From positions 73,284,001 to 73,348,000 of the forward strand of contig NC_043000.1 in NCBI RefSeq assembly GCF_006345805.1: 64,000 bases of DNA, in the 5' to 3' direction. The stretch's first letter is position 1, and every line of letters begins with the position of its first letter. The notes beneath the pieces were generated by a model that had not been told where the DNA came from, did not search any database, and saw only the letters and a program-made list of their open reading frames with translations. Made by a program: the position numbers and the translations under genes. This document shows, piece after piece, positions 50,272-63,576 of this stretch. This stretch comes from Octopus sinensis (taxonomy: Eukaryota).

Positions 50272-53200
50272 ATCATCATCATCATAATCATCATTTAACA
50301 TCCACTTTCCATGGCAGTTTGACCAGAGCTGACAAGCTGGAGAGCTGCACAAGGTTCTCATCAGATTTGGCTTGATTTCTACGACTGGATGCTCTTCCTA
50401 ACACCAACCACATTACAGTGTCTGCTGGGTGTTTTTAGCATAGCATTGCACAAGTGCTTGTATGTGGTACTGGCACAAGCACTTTTTACATGGCACTGGC
50501 ACACAACTCTTGCAGGCCAATCCTCTTCACCAGGGAGAGTGGTCTTAACACTTCTGCTGTAAAGATGGGTCTTCTTGAGTACAGCAAGCCACCAGGTATC
50601 TCAGTTCTTTGTTATCTCATGTGAGAGGTTCAGCATCCAGAGATAATCCTTCAGTGCTTTGTCTCATATCATCTTGGTTTTCCCCGTTCCAGATGTTTCA
50701 TCCACTTTGAAAGATCAGCACTTCTTTATGGAGTTGTCAGCATCCATCTGCATCACATGACCAAACCAGCACAGTCTTCTCTCTTGCATACAGCATCTAA
50801 TTCCTCTTATTCCTTCTTTCTCAATAAACAAGCACTCAGATGAACATGTACACTTACATTACATATCCAATGGAGCATACTAGCTTCATTCCTCTCCAGC
50901 CTTCGCATGTCCTCTGCATTTAGTGTCTATGTCACACTATTATGTAGAATTGCTGTCCATATACATATATCATACAATCTTCCTTTCGCTTGGAGAGAGA
51001 AACCTTTGGTTGCCAACAAACGTAAAAGTTCTATGAATTTTCTCCACCCTAGTCTTATTCTAGCTATTACACTTTCTGTACATCCTCCCCCACTACTTAT
51101 TTGGCCCCCCTAGGAAGCAGAAATGATCCACTTCCTCTAATAAGCCTCCAGGACATTTGAGAAAATCTGTTTCCCAAGTATCTGTAGTTTTTATGATTCC
51201 TATGTGTCTTCTACATATGATCACTTCTTTCTCTGATGATCTTCCTATTGTTCCACTGTATCTCTTATGTGTCCATAGTTTACCCTGGGTACTCCATATA
51301 GAATTCCCGCCTATGTCTTTCCTACAAATAGAGAAGGGCCACTAACCTGAAGTGGGTAGGGTTCTGTCTGTTTTTTTGCTTACTAAGATTCCAGGTATTA
51401 CTTCTACACTTAGAATTTATTTTTGAGCTCTAATATAGAATTTGCTACAAGAGTAAGATCATCAGTATATAGGGGTAGTATAACAGGGACTGCCAGTTTG
51501 AATTACTCTCTTATGGCCTGGAAGATAATGATGAACAGGAGGGGATTGAGCCTTGATGAACGCCTACCTGTACACCAAATTCTTTACTGTACTTGTGGTT
51601 AACTCTCACCTTACTGACAACATCTCTGTACATAGCCTCTACAGCTTTCACAAGCCACTTGTTTACCCCTAGTCGCCTCAGAGCCCACCATATAACACAA
51701 CAAGGTACTCCATTGAAGGCTTTTACTAGATCAACAAATGCCAAGCATAATGATTTATTCTTAGCTAAGTACTTCTGTTGCTTGATAATGAAAATAGCAT
51801 CAGTAGTGCTTCTCCCTGAGGCAAAGCTAAACTGAATTTTATCCAGTCTAATTCTACTTCTAATTAATTTTTATCACCTGGTTCAGGAGTTTGATGCTTC
51901 CATAATTGCATCTCTCTAAAGCATCTCCCTTACTCTTGAAGCAGCTAACAATAATGGTGCTTTGCCACTCACTGGGTATTATACCTTCATGAATGACTGA
52001 TTAACTATGCAGGTGACTTGCCTGTATCCTACCTTATCAACTATTTTGAGCATCTCAGCAGTGATTCCAGATGGACCTGGGGCTTTCCCTGTTTTCATAT
52101 CTTTAATTGCCTTATCTACCATACTGCTGTCTACTAGGATAGCCAGTCCCTCTGTTGAGTTCAGGGTTTTCTTATCCACATCACTAAGTGCAAGCATATC
52201 ATGATCCATCTGCATACACTCCTCTCTTACAATATCTCGATTCTCTCTGACACACTGCCTAGCAATCCGGAACACCTCAAGTCTCTGATTTTCATGCTGT
52301 AGGACATTGACAAACTTCTTTTCTGCTTCAGCCCTAGTTAGATAAACCTGGTTGAGCTTCCCTTTTAGCTTTTCCCTTCTTTCCAGACCCATCTCTTCTC
52401 TTTTATGGCCCTATCAACATCACTGTTCCACCACCATGCCACTCTTGGTCTGTCACCTTCAGTAGATTGTTCTGTAGGAATTTCCAATTGTCTTCTACAT
52501 CATATGTCTCTATTTCTTCCTCCTTCTCATCAAAGGTTTCATTAAGAACATCTCTAAATCTCTGCCTCTTTGAAGGATCTTTGAACTTCCTTAACCTCTT
52601 TTCCATATTGGCTGGTGTCTTTGGATCCTTCTGGCCCTAAGCCTGAAGTCACTAACCACTAGCTTATGTTGAGTTATACATTCTTCACATGGAAAAGATT
52701 TTGCATTTCTGGTGAGGCTGTAATTAATCTGGCTGGTATGCCAACCAAATTTATTAGTGATCAGATGGTTGGCTGGATTCTTGAAGTTGGTGTTGCAGAC
52801 CAGTAAACCACGAGCAACACAAAACTCCAGCAGCCTTGTCCCTTTATCATTTCTAGACCCAAAGCTATAGCCTCCATGCACATCCTGAAATCCATCAGGA
52901 TGTTTTCCAACATGTCCATTCAAGTCCCCTGCCATGATGAGAATGGTGTCGTTTTTTGTAATTGAAGTAGTCCTCAGAAGGGATTCATAAAAGTGGTCCT
53001 TCTGAGTATCTGCAAATCTGGCATGTGGAGCATATGCAGATATAACTGACATTGTTACATCAAAAAAGGCTATACTTAGCTTAATAATCCTATTACAACC
53101 CCTGGCTACCTCAGTCACTTGATCCATCCATTTCTTTGCAAGTAGAATACCCACACCACTTTAGACCATCTTTGTTGACTACCCAGAAAAATTTCTATTT

Positions 53201-53400
53201 TCGTCTTTTACTTGCAAGCAGTCTAGCTCTTGGACACAGCATATATCTACATGTCTCTACCCAAGCATTTCAACTATCTCACCAGACCTATGTGCCAATG
53301 CTGATTGTAGCAGCTCTGAACTTGTAGAGCTGAGAATGTTGAGGAGTTGTTTTCAGCTTCTCTAAAGGAAAAGATCTTTAGGGTCACATGCCTGGAATCA
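50272..53400 (-). mobile_element. Older near full-length RTE LINE with stops and deletions
   Basis: (ATC)n tail at 50272; RT fragment 51511-51744; APE 52591-53154 (VISAYAPH, MAGDLNGHVG). Confidence 0.92.
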
Positions 53401-55902
53401 GCAGGTCCTTGTGCATAGTGTGAAAAATAATGTTATGATTGCAGTTTCAATTTCCTTCAGTCCTTGAAAGCCATCATGAGCATGCACATACATTATAATT
53501 ATGTTCACAGGTATATGTGGGTTGGTGGAAGGGAAAAGGGGATTCATTTGATATCACACAACAAAATGTCCCTCAACAAAGTTTACCAATGGAAGCTCAA
53601 TAAAGATACATTTGTAATACATAATCCATAATATAGAGGGAAAGAGAGAATTAGATTTGGCAGGAGTTGGAAGTTATTTGCCTATTAACAGAAAATAGAG
53701 AGATTATGACCATTCTACACATAAGGAAAGAGAGGGAAAGATAGAAAATTTAACCGATGGCAATTAGGACTGAAAGAAATTTTTTAGCAATTAAATAATC
53801 ACATAATTAAGGGCTACAATGGCTGAAGAAAAAGAAAAAAAAGGAAAATATAATAAATAATAGAATAAAACAGTTTGCTTAGCTCATCATTCCAGCACTG
53901 ATCTTGTGTGGACAGGCCTCTACAAAGCTACAGTAAAAGATACTACATAGCATATTGACATTAAACCCAAAGCTCTGTGGTTTTAAAGTGAACCTAACCA
54001 TACATCTATACTTATGACCATTAACAGTATGTAGTAGCTCTGAATGTTGTAGTATTGTTGTAGTATTGTAGTTGGCAATACTACATAGCACATAGCTCTA
54101 TATAATCTCAAAGGTAGGTAGACAATGTACAAGATATATACAACTGGTGCATTGTGAGATGAAAATCTTTGGATTAAAGGGATATATATATATATTATTT
54201 GATGCAGGATTTACAGTACTTTTTATTTACAGTAGAAGTGATGATCAAAGTATGCTATTAAATGGTGATGGTCCAAAGTATAAGTGAGATACATGGCTAC
54301 CTTCTGAATGTGGTCCACTCAATGAAGATTGCAATTCCAGATGTTATGGTATTCTAAGTCAGGCTTTATAAAGGGTTAAAATATATTTATCTGCTCTGAA
54401 TGGAAAACCAAATCCTCTGAAATAAGCTTTAGCAATGTTGATAATTGAGAATTCCCAGGTGAGTTACAGGAGAATAAGAAATATTTCCATTTTGACATGT
54501 TTTAGATTCCTTCTACATGTATGTACACAGTTGCAGTTAGCTATGCACAAACATCCACACAACTTTACTGCATACATACACATAAATATAAATACTCTTA
54601 TACAAACATATTTAGACAGTTGAGTGTGTACATAGACGTTCAAATATATATCTGTGTACACACTGAATGTATTTGCATGCACATATCCATATTGACAGAT
54701 ACACACAACTTCACATGTATACATATACATATATCATCTTAACATCTTAAAAAGGAAGGATGAGTATGAAAAAGTTGTGATGAAAAAGACATTTGCACTC
54801 ATGCTGCTACAGACAATATGTAATTGTAAAGCACAGATATAAATTTATACATATCACTGAATCCATTTATACACAATTTGTGTACACAAAACTTACCACA
54901 GTATTTCTAAATATATTAATCATGCATATAAATATACACATAACATTATATACACATACACTGTTTTCACACATAGATGCTCACAACTGTATTCACACAT
55001 GCAATTGCATATATACATCACAGCAACCACACACAAATTCTATTACCAAAATAGTATTGACATTTATAAGAGAAAAATGTCCACTTGGATAGGATGCTGA
55101 TCTATCACAAATAAACTTTTCTTGAAGAATCTAATATTATTCTTCAAATCTAAGGTAACTGGGGTACAAAAGTAAGGTAGCTGATTCAAAATTATAAATA
55201 AATTACTAGTTACAGATTTGAACACACAACGATGACTTGGTATTTTCCATTATATACAGAAATTCAAATTGGTATAAAATTAATATTTTAGAGTACCTAA
55301 CTCAGAGCATCTAACCTGTTCCATACTTTTCCAGCAATTTTTTTGGTCACTTTTTGAGATGAGATAACATCAAGATTCTAGCAATTGCTAGTGGTGGCGG
55401 TGGCATTGTTGTTGTTGCTATATAACTAGCAATATATGCACCTCTGCAACACATACACTCTGATCACTGCATCCTCACTCATGTCCTCACTCACCAACAT
55501 TCTAAATCCATTAATGTGTTGTGTCCTTTTGAATCTTCTGTCAATTCTATGACAGTCTTTGCTGAATTTGATAATTTGTAACAACCACAGCTACTTGAAT
55601 CAAATGAAAATATTTAAAACTAATTTCTTTTTCTGCAACTCCGATTCTGAACTAATCCCTTTGCCCAATCTTTCCCTTCCAAAATTGTTTTCTGGAACTC
55701 CCTTCCTGCCTACATTTTCATTCCAACCATATTTTCCATCCAAACTAGGCATCAGCTTTATTGAACTTCCCAATCAACTCTCCATGAAATATATTTAGTA
55801 TAAATTTGTACTAACATTCAAAATGCTGTCAAGTTTCACACTTTTATACCATTCATTCAAGTCAAATTTCTCACTTTTATATTGTTCATTCAAATTTTTC
55901 AG

Positions 55903-56204
55903 TAGTCCAAGATGAAACACCTTCAACAACACAAATAGAACTGTTATCAAGAATAACTTCCACAAGTATATGGAGAAAGGAAAAGCTACATTCAAACATA
56001 AGTATGATGTCAAACTGTAAAGATAGAATAATTACTGAAACAACAATACCATACTGGATTTACATTACCTTGATGTTGCTGATTCTTATTTACATTGTGA
56101 TGGGATGTTTATGTTGGATTCACTACAAAAGAAAGATTTACATTAATACTGAAAGCTTCATATGTAATAAAAACTTCCTCAAACATGAAAACATTGAAAT
56201 TTGA
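55903..56204 (+). CDS. CUB-TM gene terminal exon J: Ser/Thr-rich stalk, TM helix (YWIYITLMLLILIYIVMGCLCWIHY), KRK stop-transfer, tail ending IEI*
   Basis: Acceptor cattcaaatttttcag, phase 1 matching exon I; 302 nt open to TGA; overlaps ORF 56004-56204. Confidence 0.8.
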
Positions 56205-56411
56205 TTAAAACTCTTTTTTTTTCTTTCAGTGGAGATGGGGTTTAATGTTTAAAGTTTCTTCCCATTTAAATGCAAAAGATTAAAATGGATCTACACAATC
56301 ACTCAAACTGCTACAAATAACAGCCAAATTTCATTCAGATTACACACTTCACTTTTAAGTGCATATTATATGTCTTCAGCAAGATAATTACATTAATTGC
56401 TGTCATGCTAC

Positions 56412-59400
56412 TGTAGGGCATTGCCTGTGAACTCATAAGAGATGAACTGTAGATGAGACCTCTACTGCAGACTAGTTATCAAACTAGTTGGCAGAAAAGG
56501 GACTTCTGGTAAGGTGACAAATGAGACCCGGACTTGAATGGTGGATTGTATTCCTCTAACATTGTAGATGATTAACACAGAATAAACAACACTTCAACAC
56601 ATTCTCATTTGTGGTTATTTTTACATATAGCTTAACTAAAGCTATAAGTGGTGACCCCAAAATAGAAGACACATGAACATGTAATCATAGCAAGTGAGAA
56701 TGCTGTAGCACTTAAGCTCACACAATTCAGGCCAAAGTGAACCAAAATATGTTTTGCACATGCTGAGGCACAGTTCAACATCACCTTGGACTTGATAAAA
56801 TGTTCTTGTATAACAGCTGCCCTGAAAGAGGATACAGCAACAAGGGTGCTATACATTCTAATCAGACCACCAATTACTCACAAATATGAGACTATGAAAA
56901 ATAGACTCATAGAAACATTCCAGTTTACTGATTGAGAATTGAATATGGGTGGGTTAAGTGATTCTAAGACTTCCTAATAGAAAGGATGCTGTCATTAGTG
57001 CCCCTGGTGAGACTCCTTGTTTTTTACTTAGGGAAATACTCCTCTGTAAATTGCCACCCCAGGTCCAATCCCTTATAACTCAGACTGAGATCAAGGACCT
57101 GTGAGAGTTAGTGAGAGCAGTTGGCAAACATTTTTTTGTCTAGTGGGGTTACAATCAACACCATAAGGTTGGCCCTGAGACATGGTGAGGTTACATAGAC
57201 AATTTATGGTTTTATCACACGAAGTCTGGAACAAGAGCTACCAAGTGTAAACAACCACGCAGCTTCAAGAGCTCTTTGTCATTGAACCCAGGAAACTCCA
57301 GGGCTGGCCACTATTAAAACACTCTGGTGGTCAGTACACATGATCAACTGTTCCTGTATGTCCACTATCGGATCTCTATACAAAGATTCCTCATTGACAC
57401 AGGAGTAGAAGTCAGTATTATCCCAGCATCTACAAAGGACCTCCATTATGGAGAGCAAAGCAAACCTTTAGCAGCCACCAATGGTTCCACAATCAAAGTG
57501 TATAGATGCTGCTTTTCCTCCTTTCACATCAGCTCACAAATATATACATAGGCATTCACTGTCACTGATGTCCATCACTCTGTTATCGGAGCAGACTTTC
57601 ATTAGGTCCACTCACTGCTGATCGATCTTCAGGGGAGATGTCTCATCAGCAGCAACACCTATGCCTCTGCTTGTCCGGCAACTTATGCATATGCTGCCCC
57701 TCACATAGCAGCCATCTTTCAGACGAAGAACAATTTCTTGCCCCATCACCTTGTGAACTGCCCAAATCTCACTACTCTGAAATTCTCCAAACCTACAACT
57801 CACCATGGAGTAAAACACTAGATCCCAACTATCAGCCCTCCAGTACACAGCTACACACATCGTCTATCACCATACAAACTTGCTATTGTGAGGGCCAAGT
57901 TCAACAACATGGAAGCTTTGGGCATTGTTCATTGATCAAGCAGTACTTGGTTGTCACCTCTACATGTGGCACCAAAACTCAGTGGAAGTTGGTGACCTTG
58001 TGGAGATTATCACCATCTCAAAACAAACACTACACCCAACCACTACCCCATTCCACATATACAAGACTTCTCAGCCTAGTTAGCCAGGTAGTCAGTTTTC
58101 TTGAAAATCAACCTTATCCAAATGCCTGTACTACCAAATACCTGTATGAGATGGTGATGTTCCTAAACTGAATTTCTACATAGACTCTTAGGCCTAAAAA
58201 ATATAGCCCAATCCTTTCAATGATTGATGGATACTGTGTGTATTGATCTAGACTTTGTTTTCACATACCTAGAAGACATCCTTATTACAAGCCAAAATGC
58301 AGAGTTACTCAGGTGACCCTTTTTAAGAGATTGCAACAATATGGTTTGGTAGTCAACCCTGCCAAGTGCGTCTTTTGTAAGGAAATCAACTTTCTTGGAC
58401 CTCAAGTCATAGGTGCTGGCACTACACCCCTACCAGAAAAATTGAAAGCTATCTTATCATTTCCACACCTCACCACAAGCAAGGCTCTGTAACAATTTGT
58501 GTGTATGGTAAACTTTTATCATCATTTCATCCCTTCTATGGTAAGATTGATGAGACCTCTGTACATTGCATTATCAAGAGAAAGTTTTAAAAAATAGGTG
58601 AAATGGACAGTGCAATGACCTCAGCCTTCGAATCCACAAAAGAAGCTCTTGCTAAAGCAACCATGCTTTCCCATCCTCATATGTCAGTATTGACTGCACT
58701 CACAGCGCATACCTCCAACACAGCCACTGGAAGTGTTTTGGAACAATACATCAATGGTCAGTGATGACCTCTGGGCCTTCTTCAGTCAACAAATATGACC
58801 ACCTGAGCAGAAATGTAGCACTTTCAACAACGAACTGTTAACCACCCATCTAAGTGTCCACCACTTTCACTATGTTCTGGAAGGTGTTCACGGACCACTA
58901 ACCGCTGACCTTTGCTATGAGCAAGCTATCAGAGCCATGATAGCTTGCTCATAGTGCACCAGCAGTGACAGTTATCAGCCATTTCTGAGTACACTATAAG
59001 CATTCAGCACTTACTTGGAAAAAGCAACTTAGTCACTGATGCACTCTCTAGAGCACCTACATACTCTGATGCCTAAAAGGCTATGGCTACAGCTCCACAA
59101 AGAGATGATGACATCAGAGCCTACTGCACCACCATCACTTCCTTCCTGGCAGGTTATGCACTTTGGCTCCAACAGAACAACCCTACTTTCTACCAGGAAG
59201 CCACAATCAATTGTCCCTGGTGCTAAAAAGTTTATGATGTTATTCACAGATTTTCCCACCTGGATACCTGAGCACTTGATGTCATGCAAATTCATCTGGC
59301 ACAAGATGACCAAGCAAACTGGGGAGTGGGTCAAAACCTGTATCACCTGCCAACAAGCCAAAATCCTTCATCACACCTAAGCACCTCTTGGTAGCTATGA

Positions 59401-60482
59401 ACCCCCACAGGCCTGTTTCAGTCATGTCAACATTGACCTCATTGGCCCCTGACCACCTTCACTTGGTTTCTCATACCTACTAACAATAGTGGACCACTTC
59501 ACACATTGGCCTAAGACCTCTCTGAAGCATGGAAACACCGGAAATCACCTGCATCTTCATCACAAATGGGTTGCTCATTTCAGTGCCTTAGATAGCATCT
59601 CATCTGACTGCAAACTTCGGTTCACTTTAGAGTTGTGGAATGATGTGTGAAACACACAACAGTCTGCCACTCCAGTGTAGAGAGATTTCACTGCTGCTTG
59701 AGAGAATCCCTCACAACCAGAGTTAACTAGCTCAACTGCATCAACCAACTTTCATGGGTAATGCTGGGAATTTGCACTGCCCCAGAGGAAGACCTCAACA
59801 CTTCTTCCACAGAAATATGTATGGTGTCTGTATTGTGCTGGGGAATTCATTCCAAACACAAAATCAGATCCAAATATCAAAGGTATCTTTAGCAACTGAG
59901 AGGCAACATGAACCAGTAATGCCCTATTCCCATGTCAACACATGATACATGTAGGTCCTCTGTACCATATGACCTCAACAAAGTGAAGTTTGTTTTTATT
60001 CATCATATTGAATGATGAAAACCCCTTCAACCACCCTATGATGGACCATACAATGGAATTCATCCAATGGGATTTATTCCTGATTGGCAGACAATAGGAC
60101 ACAGTTGCCATCAACAGACTGAAACCAGCCCATCTCAATATTCACAGCTCCATTCAAGTAGCTCAACCACCAAACAAAGGCCATCCTAGCCAGGTCACAC
60201 TGACCCCTGACAACGAACGGTCATCAAAGAGCCAAGTAAGTATACACATGGGTAAGGTGGTAAAAACAACTTACCAGTTCCAATGACAACCAACAGTTCT
60301 GATGGGGAGCTATGTAGAGCATTGCCTGTGAACTTGTAAGACATGAACTGTAGATGAAGACCTTTACTGAAGACTAGTTATCACACCCTCTCTCCCATTA
60401 TAGATGATTAACATAGAATAAACAACATTTCAACACTTTTTCATTTGTGGTTATCTTCATGTGTAGCTTAACAAAAGCTATG
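56412..60482 (+). mobile_element. Full-length decayed Ty3/Gypsy provirus: LTRs 56412-56646 and 60313-60482, tRNA-Trp-type PBS, PPT
   Basis: Homologous LTRs, the 3' one internally shorter. PBS TGGTGACCCC 56649-56658; PPT GATGGGGAGC; TSD-like CTAC/CTAT. gag AEAQF, protease FLIDTGVEVSIIP, RT, RNaseH and integrase remnants. Confidence 0.92.
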
Positions 60483-60505
60483 CTATGTTAATTAGCTTTT
60501 TTACA

Positions 60506-60733
60506 TTAACCCTTTTGTTACTGTATTTATTTTGAGATGATCTGTGTTTCTTTCAATTACTTTAAATATAACAAAGAATTTAGTAAAATAACTTAGTTAT
60601 CATTCAGCTAATGTTAGGAACGTAAATTGTGACTATGGTTTGGTGGAACATTTTAATTCAAAACTTATGAAAACAAGACATTTGTACTCAGAGCCAGAGC
60701 TGGTTTCAGCCAGGTTGGTAACTAAAGGGTTAA
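60506..60733. mobile_element. Complete 220-bp piggyBac-like MITE (60510-60729) with TTAA TSD
   Basis: TTAA|CCCTTTTGTTAC ... GTAACTAAAGGG|TTAA; 12-bp TIR, one mismatch. Confidence 0.85.
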
Positions 60734-61949
60734 GTAGGTTTTCTCTTTCATCAGGTAAGTTTTCTCTTACATTCAATTTCTCTTTCAGTCTTTAAATGTG
60801 AAGGAATAAAAAGTAAATGTTAGATGAGACTTTAACCCACATATTCAGGTAAATTGCAAGAAACTAGGTGCTGAATAACCATTTAAAACTATATCCATGT
60901 AGCATCATATTCTTTTAAGACTTATCTTACTGTCTACTCTTGTTTTTATTCACAATTACACTGTATATTTTTCAAAAACTAAGTGGTTCTTTTTTTTTTT
61001 TTAGTGGACTACAACTTTTATACTTTTATACTCTTATTTAAATATATTCACAACAAATGTATAAACCAATCTCTTTTTTCATGATATCTATGTATTTTTT
61101 TCACAAATTTTAATTATCAGAAATTCAGAGAGATCTGAACAGTAAATATGACCTATAACTTATAGGTTCATTTAAGTACCATTGAACATAACCTGTCTTA
61201 TTTACGTGTCTATATAGTTATTCTGCTCCGCAATGAACCTAATGAGAAGATCTGAAGTCAGCACTACACTTTAACAAACCACTTGAGATGTACAGTATCA
61301 TTTATAACAAGATTAAATGTCTATATTAAGAACACAAGGGAACATAATTGAATGCTAATTGTTGATTCTTTAGGTGCTAAACCAAATATTAATACAATAG
61401 TTAGTATGATACCTAAATAGAACATTAACAACATAATTACTTAATTAGATATTGCTATACATACAATTGAAAAGAATCAGAATTTCATGTGTACGTGTGT
61501 GTGTGTGTGTGTATTTGATAACAATCTATCTGTGGAGACACAGAAATACTCTTGATTGGTGTCAATGCAAGTAGTAAAACAATCAGGACTGAGGGACCCC
61601 AAGTTGTTGTCATAGCATTCTGAAGTTACATGTGATTGCTGGTCATAAGCACTAATCCCAGAGATTCATAGAATGGTATTTTTATAGTAATAAAAATAAT
61701 CCAGTGATGTACAGACATCTCTTTATGGTGACCTTACTCATCAAGCATGCAGACCTAATCAGTTGGAAATGCACAGTTAGTTACAACTTCCATCTGTCAC
61801 CTATATTCCAAACCATACAGATCTACAACAGGAGTGAGAGGTTATGGACGGAAAGTTACAAATGCTATTGAAAATGAGGAAACACAAGGAGATGGCAATC
61901 AATATATATATATATCTATATCTATATCTAGATATATATATATATATAT

Positions 61950-62100
61950 ACATTATCATTATCATCGTCATTTAACCTATGCTGGCATGGGTTGGGCAAC
62001 TTGACAGTTGCTGACCAGGCAGAAAACTGTACCAGATTTCTGTGTCTGTTTTGGAATGGTTTTTTTATGGCTGAGTGCCCTTCCTAACACCAACCCTACA
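61950..62100 (-). mobile_element. RTE 3' end
   Basis: (ATC)n-like tail plus GCTGGCATGGGTTGG...CCTTCCTAACACCAAC. Confidence 0.75.
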
Positions 62101-62589
62101 GATACATATTTTTTAAATTTTATTTATTTTATCTAGTTTCAGCTCACAAGCTGTGGCCATGCTGGGGCACTGCCATATATATATAAATGATTATTTTATT
62201 GTTCAGTTATAACAAACATAGTTTTACATTACTTTGATGATACTCTATACTTTTGTAGAGTACAAATTTATTATTCTTATAGAAGAATGTTGTTGACAGT
62301 GACTTCAAATTTTCAGCCAGCTAAGCCATGGTCTAATGATAGGTTAGCTGGCCAAGACTTATAATAATACGCAGTTTCCTGCCTTTAAAGATAAAGGCAT
62401 GAAACTGTGTATTAACATCTTGGTTGATAACTGAAGAAGAATTAGAGTCCTTCTCTGTCAGTCCTATGAGTATTTTTTTTTTAGCATTTAATGCATTTTT
62501 CATTTATTGAGTAACTGAATGCCATGCATCCTGACTTTTGTTTACAGTAAGTTTAATTTTATATACATAGATACACACACACACACACA

Positions 62590-62770
62590 CTTACATGTAC
62601 ATATACATACATCATCATCATCATTTAATGTCCTTCCATGCTGGCATGGGTTGGACAATTTGACAGGAGCTGGCCAAGCACCAGATTTCTGTGTCTGTTT
62701 TGACATGGTTTTTATCGCTGGATGCCCTTCCTAACACTAACCACCCTACAGAGTGAGACAAGAGCTTTTT
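62590..62770 (-). mobile_element. RTE 3' end
   Basis: (ATC)n tail plus the conserved 3' UTR. Confidence 0.8.
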
Positions 62771-62943
62771 AATCAGTCGGAAATGCACAGTTAGTTACAA
62801 CTTCCATTTGTCACGTATACTCCAAACCATACAGATCTACAACAGGACTGAATAGTCATCTGAGAGGTTATGGACGGAAAGTTACAAATGCTATTGAAAA
62901 TGAGGAAACACAAGGAGATGGCAATCAATAAATATATATATAT

Positions 62944-63320
62944 ATCATCATCGTTTAACGTCCGTTCTCCATGCTAGCATGGGTTGGACGGATCGACCGG
63001 GGATCTGGGTAGCCAGAAGGCTGCACTAGGCTACAGTCTTATCTGGCAATGTTTCTACAGCTGGATGCCCTTCCTAACGCCAACCACTCCGTGAGTGTAG
63101 TGGGTGCATTTTACGTGCCACCTGCACAGGTGCCAGGCGAGGCTGGCAACGGCCACGGTCGGATTGGTGTATTTTATGTGCCACCGGCACGGAAGCCAGT
63201 CGAGGCGGCGCTGGCATCGGCCACGAGTCGGATAGTGCTTTTTACGTACGAATTGGTTCAATTCGATTTCGATTTCGCTTGCCCCAACATGTCTTCGCAA
63301 GCAAAGGGGGTTGGCATGGG
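62944..63320 (-). mobile_element. Young RTE 3' UTR copy
   Basis: Reverse complement matches 36300-36843, including the GTGCCGGTGGCAC modules. Confidence 0.9.
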
Positions 63321-63561
63321 TGCCTGTCGTATGGTTGGATTGGTAATAGGTTTCTTGAAGTTAGGGTATATTCTTTAAACATAAGAGATTACAATTCTTC
63401 AAAAAAGGAGGTTAGGGTTAGAGTTGAGGTTAACTTTTCTACTGAAGCTGGGCCTTTGTGCCTGAAATATAAAGGTTTCCACATTGTCAGAAGCTTTCTG
63501 TTTTCTCTCTTTTACCGTCTTATATATATATACACACATATATAGGTAGTTCATCTTTCAG

Positions 63562-63576
63562 ATGTTCTTCCTGGAG
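63562..63576 (+). other. Candidate 15-nt microexon
   Basis: ttcatctttcag|ATGTTCTTCCTGGAG|gtaaga; a near-identical acceptor and exon start recur at 63990. Confidence 0.35.

Larger units (their letters stand above)
61756..62929 (+). repeat. ~150-bp direct repeats (61756-61903 / 62770-62929)
   Basis: Near-identical copies; the first lacks 12 bp. Confidence 0.9.

Noticed and set aside
53461-55300. Possible C-type lectin exons (YMWVGG ~53510, VWTGLY ~53905, RSDDQSMLLNGDGPKY 54233-54283, NSNWY 55260) and an in-frame TGA at 54285 that A-to-I editing could turn into Trp
   Set aside because: The phases do not chain, exon I already joins exon J in frame, and the TGA lies just past a good GTGAGA donor. 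Most likely chance motifs, to be revisited only if RNA-seq supports them.
63405-63435. Short GGTTAGGGTTAGAGTTGAGGTT tract
   Set aside because: Only about three degenerate units and no flanking inverted arms.
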